Below the pieces are notes generated by a model, which had not been told where the DNA came from, did not search any database, and worked only from the letters and a program-made list of their open reading frames with translations. The translations under genes were made by a program, and so were the position numbers. From the IMG/VR virus record IMGVR_UViG_3300045955_000385: a stretch of DNA of 21,992 nucleotides. One strand, 5' to 3'. The stretch is from an uncultured virus (IMG/VR IMGVR_UViG_3300045955_000385) (lineage: Duplodnaviria; Heunggongvirae; Uroviricota; Caudoviricetes). Position 1 is the stretch's first letter; every line of letters starts with the position of its first letter. Of this stretch, positions 15,749-21,992 are shown one piece after another.

Positions 15749-15981
15749 TCACCATTCTATCGACCGATATCCGCTGGCCAGGCCCATACCACGTCGAGGA
15801 AGGCCCAGCATACCTGTGTAGCCGCTGTCAGCAGCCTATCCTTGCGCCTGACATTGCGATAAGGGCATGGCCAGACGACGATCCAAACCGCTACTCGTAC
15901 CGGTTCCATCCTGGCTGTCTGGGGATGGAGACCACCTACCCCTTTGACGACGCATACGAGGAAGAGGAGGACAGCCTATGA
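15745..15981 (+). CDS. Small zinc-finger protein
   Basis: AAGGA SD; CSRC..PI...FHPGC and an acidic tail. Confidence 0.7.
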   Translation: MITILSTDIRWPGPYHVEEGPAYLCSRCQQPILAPDIAIRAWPDDDPNRYSYRFHPGCLGMETTYPFDDAYEEEEDSL

Positions 15982-16211
15982 CCACCACGTGCTCGATCTG
16001 CGGCCAGCCCTGTCCAGGCCACGCCGACAGCAGCAACCCGTTCTGCGAAGACTGCCGACGTATTTCTTGGCGCGGCAACGAGGGGGAGCGCTGGCCCGAC
16101 GACGACCCCCAGCCCGCCGCACTCACCCTGACGCCGCGTCAGCTCCAGCAGCTCGCCCGCCTGGTGGCCGCGGGGGGAGGCTGGCGGATCGAGGAGACCC
16201 CCTATGGATGA
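15978..16211 (+). CDS. Small zinc-finger protein
   Basis: GGAGG SD and ATGA overlap; CSIC...FCEDC. Confidence 0.7.
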   Translation: MTTTCSICGQPCPGHADSSNPFCEDCRRISWRGNEGERWPDDDPQPAALTLTPRQLQQLARLVAAGGGWRIEETPYG

Positions 16212-16410
16212 ACGCTTTTTGCGAGCCAAAGTACAAGAAATGCGTCAGTGGTTGGAAGACAACAGGGGGGGCGAAGTGACGTATGAGGCCATCATGGATG
16301 CCCTCGTGGCCGAATGTGGACGGCAGCCTGACGGTAGTTGTCTCGAAGCGGGCTCCGAACACTGCGACTTTGATTGCCCCTTTTCCCCCGTACACGAGGA
16401 GACCCCCTGA
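16204..16410 (+). CDS. Small Cys-containing protein
   Basis: GAGGAG SD; ECG..PDGSC..AGSEHCDFDCPF. Confidence 0.7.
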   Translation: MDERFLRAKVQEMRQWLEDNRGGEVTYEAIMDALVAECGRQPDGSCLEAGSEHCDFDCPFSPVHEETP

Positions 16411-16580
16411 TGCCTGGCGACCACCTGACGACCCACTGCGACTGGTGCGGCAGCCCCACGCCGCCCGCCTGGCTCGACCCCTGCGCCCCCCCCAGCGACG
16501 CCGAGGTGCCCACCTGGTGGCTCTGCCCCGTGTGTGTGCAGGCCGGCGCCTGGCGGGATGCCAGCAAGGAGACCCCCTGA
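16410..16580 (+). CDS. Small zinc-finger protein
   Basis: TGATG coupling and GAGGAG SD; CDWC...LCPVC. Confidence 0.68.
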   Translation: MPGDHLTTHCDWCGSPTPPAWLDPCAPPSDAEVPTWWLCPVCVQAGAWRDASKETP

Positions 16581-18082
16581 TGCCCTACGCCCTGATCCTA
16601 CCCCTGTCGACGCTGCTCGTCCTCGTGCTGGCCCTCGTCGTGGACGGGGTGCCCGCACTGGCCACCACCTATCACACGCGCCAGGCCGCCGAGACGCGCC
16701 AGGGCGCGAGCCGCCCGCGCGGCTCCGATAGCTACACCTGCACGCAGGCGACCCACCCGGCAACTCCGAAAGGAAGCATCAATGGTGGGCTCCAATGTTT
16801 AGCCCCCGGTGATACCTTGATGATCGGGCCGGGGACGTACAACGAACTGCTCATCTCGCAGCAGTCGTCGTCACGCCAGTGCTCAAGCGGTGACCTGGCG
16901 GTGGAGCCCTTGTGTGTCCCGATGCCCAACGGTGTCAGCCCGGACCGTCCGACGCGGCTCATTGGTGACGGACAGGCGGTACTCTCGCCCCAGGGCAAGC
17001 AACTCCCCGGCGGCGGCTCGGCCATTACCCTCCTCGATTACGCCCGTCATCTCCATATCGAGGGCCTGAAAGTTGTGCGCCACAGTGCCCCCGGCTCCGT
17101 CGGCGGCATCTACAGCGGCAACGTGCAGTACGTCACCCTGACGCGCAACGAACTGGCCGACGGCCAGATCAAGGGTGGGGTCACGTCGCGCTACCTCACC
17201 ATCACGCACAACTATATCCACCACACCGGCCTGAAGGAATGCCCGCAGGGCGATACCAAACCGACCCCCGCCGGGTGTCCCCACGGCATGTACGTCTGTG
17301 GCACGGATCATGTCATCACCGACAACAGAGTGGAGTATTGCTCTTACTATGGAATTCAGGTGTCGTGTGAGCAGGGCGGTATCGCCCGCATCCGCCTGGA
17401 GAGGAATATCGTGCGGCACAGTGCTGCCGTCGGTATCCGCTGTGGCGGCCAGGATTGCCTGGTGGCCAGTAATCTGCTCGAAGCCAACGGCCAGGGCATC
17501 ACCCTCTCAGGCTCCGGCCTGGTGGCGCACAACACCATTCACGGCTACAAGGCCGCCGACTGGAACGACGACCCGAGTGCCATCTGGGATACCAGTGGCG
17601 GCTCCGGCAGTGGCTGGCAGATCGTCAACAATCTCCTCACCGGCCAGAAAAACAGTTTTCTCCTCGTTGGCAACAACGGCGGGGCGGCCATTGATCCAGG
17701 CCGCGTGCATCACAATATGAGCGAGCAGGTTGGCAATCCTGGCGTGACGCTGATTGCGCCGGTCAGTGCCATCTACCGCGACGCGGCGAGTGGCGATCTC
17801 AGCCTGGCGGCCACCAGTCCGGCCCTGGGAGCCGGGGTCGCCCTTCCGGCCGTGCCTGCCGATCTGTTCGGTGCCCTCTATCCGACCCCGCCGGATCTGG
17901 GGGCCATCAGTGGGGCGGGGCTGCCACCTGACCCCGGACCCGACCCCGGACCAGAGCCCACGCCGCCAGGTGCGTGGGTGTGCCGTGGGGATATTCAGGC
18001 CGTGCCTGGTGAAATACAGCTCGAATGCCAACCGAAGCAGGAGGGACGACGATGGAGGACACGCGATGATCTGTCTCGGTGA
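16580..18082 (+). CDS. Secreted right-handed parallel beta-helix protein (pectin-lyase-like fold)
   Basis: Hydrophobic signal peptide ending ALA-TTY, GSD...C......P..SI..GL..L.PGDTL....GTY.E, repeated N-x-I/G-I rungs, C-terminal DLSL..TSPALGAG...PDLGA and a Pro linker. Confidence 0.85.
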   Translation: MPYALILPLSTLLVLVLALVVDGVPALATTYHTRQAAETRQGASRPRGSDSYTCTQATHPATPKGSINGGLQCLAPGDTLMIGPGTYNELLISQQSSSRQCSSGDLAVEPLCVPMPNGVSPDRPTRLIGDGQAVLSPQGKQLPGGGSAITLLDYARHLHIEGLKVVRHSAPGSVGGIYSGNVQYVTLTRNELADGQIKGGVTSRYLTITHNYIHHTGLKECPQGDTKPTPAGCPHGMYVCGTDHVITDNRVEYCSYYGIQVSCEQGGIARIRLERNIVRHSAAVGIRCGGQDCLVASNLLEANGQGITLSGSGLVAHNTIHGYKAADWNDDPSAIWDTSGGSGSGWQIVNNLLTGQKNSFLLVGNNGGAAIDPGRVHHNMSEQVGNPGVTLIAPVSAIYRDAASGDLSLAATSPALGAGVALPAVPADLFGALYPTPPDLGAISGAGLPPDPGPDPGPEPTPPGAWVCRGDIQAVPGEIQLECQPKQEGRRWRTRDDLSR

Positions 18083-18263
18083 CTGGCTGGCGTGGACCGC
18101 CGCTGCCGTCAATGGCGGCATCGCCCTCTGGCAGATCAGTGGCTGGCAGCGCCTGGCGCGGGCTGAAAAGCAGCAGGCACAGCTCTGGATTGACAGGGAA
18201 GTCGAGCAGTTCCTGGAGTGGGCCCGGAGTCGCCAAGAGCTGGAAGACGAGGGAGGTATCTGA
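18066..18263 (+). CDS. Small membrane protein
   Basis: GGAGG SD; hydrophobic N-terminus MICLGDWLAWTAAAVNGGIALWQI. Confidence 0.6.
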   Translation: MICLGDWLAWTAAAVNGGIALWQISGWQRLARAEKQQAQLWIDREVEQFLEWARSRQELEDEGGI

Positions 18264-18523
18264 TGGCCCGCACCGCGGCCCGTGCCCACTACAAGCGCCA
18301 GGGCCGCTGCGTCTGGTGCGGCAAAAAGCCCCTGGGCGGCCGCGCCAAGTGTGCCCGCTGCCTGGCGTGGAACCGCCAGTATCAGCGCGCCCGGTACCTG
18401 AAGCTGCGGCAGGACGGCCGCTGCGTGCAGTGTGGGCAGGCGCCGGCAGGGTACCCGTACGTGCGCTGCGAGGCGTGCCGGGTGTATATGCGGGAGTACC
18501 ATAGGCGGTATCAGCGCAACTGA
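18263..18523 (+). CDS. Basic double zinc-ribbon protein
   Basis: TGATG coupling and GGAGG SD; two G.C..CG...C..C units. Confidence 0.78.
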   Translation: MARTAARAHYKRQGRCVWCGKKPLGGRAKCARCLAWNRQYQRARYLKLRQDGRCVQCGQAPAGYPYVRCEACRVYMREYHRRYQRN

Positions 18524-18699
18524 CACGGGCATTGCACCTGCAAGCAGCGCTCCAACGCGACGCCGCCGGTGGCCGTGACGCCGTGCCCCAGCCAGTTACT
18601 CCAATACACGCAACTCTGCGCCTGACGCTCCTCTAATGCGGCGACGAGCGGGCCTGTACAGCCGCCGAGCAGGCACGCCAGGAGCACCAGGGTGGGCAT
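18511..18699 (-). CDS. Small lipoprotein
   Basis: Hydrophobic leader with lipobox LGGC; last gene of the leftward structural operon. Confidence 0.7.
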   Translation of the reverse strand: MPTLVLLACLLGGCTGPLVAALEERQAQSCVYWSNWLGHGVTATGGVALERCLQVQCPCQLR

Positions 18700-18701
18700 G
18701 G

Positions 18702-18800
18702 CTACGCCTCAGCCTCCAGGGCCTGCACCCGCGCCGCGAGGGCTTCCACCTGCGCCAGCGTCTCTTGCAGCGCGCCCCACAGCCATGGCACCAGCTTACT
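18702..18800 (-). pseudogene. Orphaned original 3' end of the tail-fibre chaperone gene
   Basis: Encodes SKLVPWLWGALQETLAQVEALAARVQALEAEA*, paralleling the end of 19586..20731; it has no start of its own. Confidence 0.85.
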
Positions 18801-18807
18801 TCTTCCC

Positions 18808-18849
18808 TTGATTAGGTCACAAATTACTAGGTACAATATCTGATATACT
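18808..18849 (+). promoter_or_regulatory. Promoter(s) of the HNH cassette
   Basis: TTGATT-N18-TACAAT (18808-18837) and extended -10 TGATATACT (18841-18849) in an AT-rich patch. Confidence 0.6.
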
Positions 18850-18854
18850 TTGTC

Positions 18855-18939
18855 TGCCCAGCTAGGGAGTCGACCCCGAAAACCTGTTTCCGGCAGGCTG
18901 CTGGGCACCTCAACCCGGAACCAACGACGGAGGTTGGGG
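18855..18939 (+). ncRNA. Candidate structured 5' leader RNA of the HNH gene
   Basis: TGCCCAGC/GCTGGGCA stem enclosing two hairpins; loop TTCCGG is complementary to downstream CCGGAA. Confidence 0.5.
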
Positions 18940-18941
18940 CC

Positions 18942-19649
18942 ATGCCACGCAGACGTTCCAAAGAACAACGTGCCGGGGAACGCGCCTATAACCGCGCCTA
19001 TAAAGCGTCCCATAAGGAAGACATTCGTCGCCAAACACGCGCCTATCGGGCTGCCCACAGAGAGCAGATTCGTCGCCAAACACGTGCGTATAAGGTTGCG
19101 CACAAGGAGGAGCTTGCGGCCAAAAGACGCGTTTATGTCGCTGCCAACAAGGAGAAAATTGCGGCACAAAGACGTGCCTACGTTGCGACCAACAAGGAGA
19201 AAATTGCCGCACGGACCCGTGCCTATAAGGTGGCTCACCGGTCGGAAATTCGCGTACAGGAACGCGCCTATAAAGCTGCGCACCCTGACCTTGTCGCAGC
19301 AACACGTGCCAGACGCAAGGCTCGCGAGGCGAAAGCATCCGTCAACGATCTTACTGCAGCGCAATGGGAGGAAATCAAGGCGGCCTACGGTCACCGTTGC
19401 GTGTACTGCGGTCGCAAAATGCAGCGGCTGACGAAAGATCATATTGTCCCACTCGCCAAAGGCGGTACGCATACGTTCTCCAATGTCGTCCCAGCCTGTC
19501 TGTCCTGTAACAGCAAGAAAGGCGCCAGAGCCCCCCTCATCCCTGTGCAACCCTTGTTATTAACCATCGCCTCTTCTTGCTCGGCTCAAGAATCGGTTAA
19601 ACCGGCAAGTTGTGTTTCGACTCGCTCTAAACGTTGTAGCAATTCCTGA
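18942..19649 (+). CDS. Free-standing HNH endonuclease with N-terminal 15-aa repeats
   Basis: LT..QW..I...Y..RCVYCG.....LTKDHIVPLAKGG.H..SNVVPACLSCNSKKG; GGAGG SD. Confidence 0.93.
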   Translation: MPRRRSKEQRAGERAYNRAYKASHKEDIRRQTRAYRAAHREQIRRQTRAYKVAHKEELAAKRRVYVAANKEKIAAQRRAYVATNKEKIAARTRAYKVAHRSEIRVQERAYKAAHPDLVAATRARRKAREAKASVNDLTAAQWEEIKAAYGHRCVYCGRKMQRLTKDHIVPLAKGGTHTFSNVVPACLSCNSKKGARAPLIPVQPLLLTIASSCSAQESVKPASCVSTRSKRCSNS

Positions 19650-20731
19650 CATACAGACCATAGCCATGGGACCAATTTGCTATAGTCTATTTGCTGTGGA
19701 ACAATTTGACCTTGTTCATCCACCGCATCTGGCGCGCCGGTGATGACGCCCTCCACCACGCCCTGCACCTCGCTGGCGACAAAGCCGACGCCCTCGGTGC
19801 CATCCGCGCGCCAGCGCCAGGTGCGGGCCGGGATCTGGCGCAGGACGTCCAGGGCGCCGGTGAGCGAAAGCACGTCGGTTTTGAGCCTGGCATCGGAGGT
19901 GGTATTAAAGGCCGTGGCTGTTTCAGAACTCGTAATGCTGCCGACGATCGTATTGGTGGTATTATGGCACAACAGGACTGTGACGGTGCCCGCCTGTGTC
20001 GAGCGTGTCCCCAGTGCTGCCCCAGAGGCCACGTCAATCTCGACCGAGAGCCAGGCCGGGATGTTTGAGGTATTGACGCCCACTTTGCTCGCAAAATAAT
20101 TGGGCGCGGTGCCATCGGCAAAGATATTATACTTATCCGTTCCGCTGCTTACTTGACTCCGTATGCCATAGAGCCCTGACCCTGCACTATCCTCAATCCA
20201 GATTCCACCAACGGTAGAAAGGACAGGCAGTCGGATCGTCCCCCCCGTAATCGCCACGGCGTTGGCGTTCTGCGTGGCCATGGTGCCCAGCGCCAGCAGC
20301 CCGCGCCAGGCCGCCGCCAGTGTCGAGCGCGAGGCGATCGGCGTCACCGTGGTGATGGCCCCACCAGAGACCACGAGCTGCACGGCGACCAGTAACCCAT
20401 CCAGGTCTGCCGGCTGCGTCGCAGAAGGCCTCCACCTATAGTGCGAACCGTACTCCGTGGTCCACTGCGCGTAGTCGGTGACTGTCGTCTCCGAGACAGC
20501 TAACCAATAGTTGCCATCGGCGCCCGTCAGGGTCACGGCATGCGGTTCTTGCCGCACGTATACCAGGGTGGTGCCCTGACGGACATACGCCGTCGTAGCA
20601 AACGGCGCCAGGACCATGCCCGGCGGCGCGGGCACCTCTGGCCAGGTGGTCGAAAGGATGGTCGCCGGTAAAAGGTCCGAGCACACCGACTGCAATTCAT
20701 ACATCACGTCAGGGACTGCGTGGGAGTTCAA
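19586..20731 (-). CDS. Tail fibre/spike protein with C-terminal Peptidase_S74-type intramolecular chaperone
   Basis: LGTMATQNANAVAITGG fibre motif, TSDARLK autocleavage motif, GFVASEV, QIDYSKLVP and a terminal coiled coil. Confidence 0.88.
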   Translation of the reverse strand: MNSHAVPDVMYELQSVCSDLLPATILSTTWPEVPAPPGMVLAPFATTAYVRQGTTLVYVRQEPHAVTLTGADGNYWLAVSETTVTDYAQWTTEYGSHYRWRPSATQPADLDGLLVAVQLVVSGGAITTVTPIASRSTLAAAWRGLLALGTMATQNANAVAITGGTIRLPVLSTVGGIWIEDSAGSGLYGIRSQVSSGTDKYNIFADGTAPNYFASKVGVNTSNIPAWLSVEIDVASGAALGTRSTQAGTVTVLLCHNTTNTIVGSITSSETATAFNTTSDARLKTDVLSLTGALDVLRQIPARTWRWRADGTEGVGFVASEVQGVVEGVITGAPDAVDEQGQIVPQQIDYSKLVPWLWSVCQELLQRLERVETQLAGLTDS

Positions 20732-20746
20732 TGTCTTTCCTTTCTC

Positions 20747-21811
20747 CTAGGGGGCACTGGCGAGCAGTGTTGCCCAATAGACGACCACCGACAGCTCACC
20801 ATTGGCATCGAAACGGCCACCATCAGCAGCCACTTGCAAGACATACGCGGTGTGCGCTATCGGCTGATCACCAACGCTAAAACTCTCTTGCGTCGTCCCG
20901 CTGGTGGGTGTGAGGTTCGTCAGCAGGCCAAATCTATTATTGACGATACTGTCCCCAATGAGGAGCCCGGTGAGGCCACGGGACGTGCCAAACGCCGCCG
21001 TAATCGTCACGGTCACGCCCAGCACCCGTGCACCTTCCGGAGTCAGTCCCGTGGCCGTGAGCTGGCGTTCGCCGTCCTGCGCCGTGAGGGTGACACTGGT
21101 GGAGCCCGTCTCCAGCACGCCCTCGACGCTGGGGGCATCCGAGAACACTTCCCACACCGCCGTGAGCTGGAGCGCGCCGGCGTTATCAAAACGCCCACCG
21201 TCAGCCGCCACGAGACAGCTGTACGGCTGCGCGGCAATCGGCGCATCCCCGGTATGGAACTGGGCCTGCGTGGTCCCTGTGGTGGCCGTGAGTTGTGTCG
21301 TATGGCCCCACCTGTCCTCCACCACGGGATCACCGATATAGAGCCCGGTGAGCCCCCGCGACGTGCCGAAATCTTGCGTGATCGCGGCGACCACGCCCAG
21401 CACGCGGTACCCCTGCGGGACGAGCCCGGTGGCCGTGAGCACACTGGCGCCATCGATGGCGTTGAGGGTGGTCTGGGAGGTGCCAATTTGCACGGCGCCC
21501 GGCACTGGGGTCACGCCGCTGGAGAATTCATAGGACGAAACGGACCAGATAAGCACATCATCAGCATCGAAGAGCCTGAGATCAGTAGGGCCAGTCAAAT
21601 AGACCGTAGCCGCGCCCTGGTCGTCTAGCACCGTTGGGTTTGGATTGCTGATGGTGAGAAAAGGGTCCGAAAATGTCGAACTCGGGGTAGATGTTCCAGG
21701 TAAATAGCTAAACAATTTGGCGCCAATAGCTGGCTGGCCATCAATCACCGCCTGGAAGTGCGGCCATGGATAAATTTCTACAAGTGTGCTCTCGGTTACA
21801 GTCGGTGCCAT
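20747..21811 (-). CDS. Virion structural protein: N-terminal attachment-like domain plus two tandem ~115-aa beta domains
   Basis: GQP..GAKLFSY..GT.TP..TFSD......NPNP.VLD..G N-terminus; duplicated LTATGL.P.G.RVLGV...IT..FGTSRGLTGL.IGD...VAADGGRFD domain. Confidence 0.75.
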   Translation of the reverse strand: MAPTVTESTLVEIYPWPHFQAVIDGQPAIGAKLFSYLPGTSTPSSTFSDPFLTISNPNPTVLDDQGAATVYLTGPTDLRLFDADDVLIWSVSSYEFSSGVTPVPGAVQIGTSQTTLNAIDGASVLTATGLVPQGYRVLGVVAAITQDFGTSRGLTGLYIGDPVVEDRWGHTTQLTATTGTTQAQFHTGDAPIAAQPYSCLVAADGGRFDNAGALQLTAVWEVFSDAPSVEGVLETGSTSVTLTAQDGERQLTATGLTPEGARVLGVTVTITAAFGTSRGLTGLLIGDSIVNNRFGLLTNLTPTSGTTQESFSVGDQPIAHTAYVLQVAADGGRFDANGELSVVVYWATLLASAP

Positions 21812-21992
21812 ACTGCACTTTCTGCTAAAGTATTGTGTCCACACGGACGATAAGATAGACTAGAAGCTGCCGTGCAGGGTTTGGCCACCCTCGCAAGTGC
21901 AGCAGCGCCAATCCGCTGATTGCAGCACGGCGCACCACCTCAGCCTGATTGGAGGTTGTCTCATGTCCTCATCGGATCGTTGGCTCTTCGCC

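Noticed and set aside
17925..17970. GACCCCGGACC repeat
   Set aside because: Encodes an ordinary PDPGPDPGPEP linker.
18702..19550. 282-aa minus-strand ORF as a real gene
   Set aside because: It is mostly the antisense shadow of the HNH repeats; only its last 32 codons are meaningful.
18702..19681. Diversity-generating retroelement TR/VR pair or invertible tail-fibre cassette
   Set aside because: No reverse transcriptase or invertase in the window. Differences are not adenine-specific and the two copies are in direct orientation.
18801..19681. Group I intron or intein in the fibre gene
   Set aside because: The fibre ORF already ends with a complete C-terminus and stop, the HNH is antisense, and I see no intron core or intein motifs.
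20720..21628. Long alternative-frame ORFs (e.g. 20720..21628 +, 17507..18532 -, 1063..1740 +, 3710..4381 -)
   Set aside because: Antisense shadows of well-supported genes in GC-rich DNA, with no motifs.

Overview
About 22 kb of a GC-rich temperate tailed phage, apparently in its non-integrated (attP-intact) configuration. At the left, the packaging operon reads leftward (HNH, P27-type small terminase, large terminase). Next come an attP (3' half of tRNA-Arg(UCU) with arm repeats on both sides), a tyrosine integrase and a cI/cro-like switch with three 17-bp operators. A long rightward early/middle region follows: antirepressor, Xis-like HTH, Dam-like MTase, a decayed PD-(D/E)XK nuclease, ParB-like protein, AAA helicase, an iteron origin with a DnaA box, a SWIM/annealing-protein fusion, a second MTase, VRR-NUC, many Cys-rich micro-ORFs and a secreted beta-helix protein. 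The right end holds the end of the leftward structural operon. The most striking element is a free-standing HNH endonuclease cassette with its own promoter and a structured 5' leader. It has inserted into the 3' end of a tail-fibre chaperone gene, supplied a synonymously recoded replacement C-terminus and left the original end orphaned. All family assignments come from motif recognition by eye, not from database searches.
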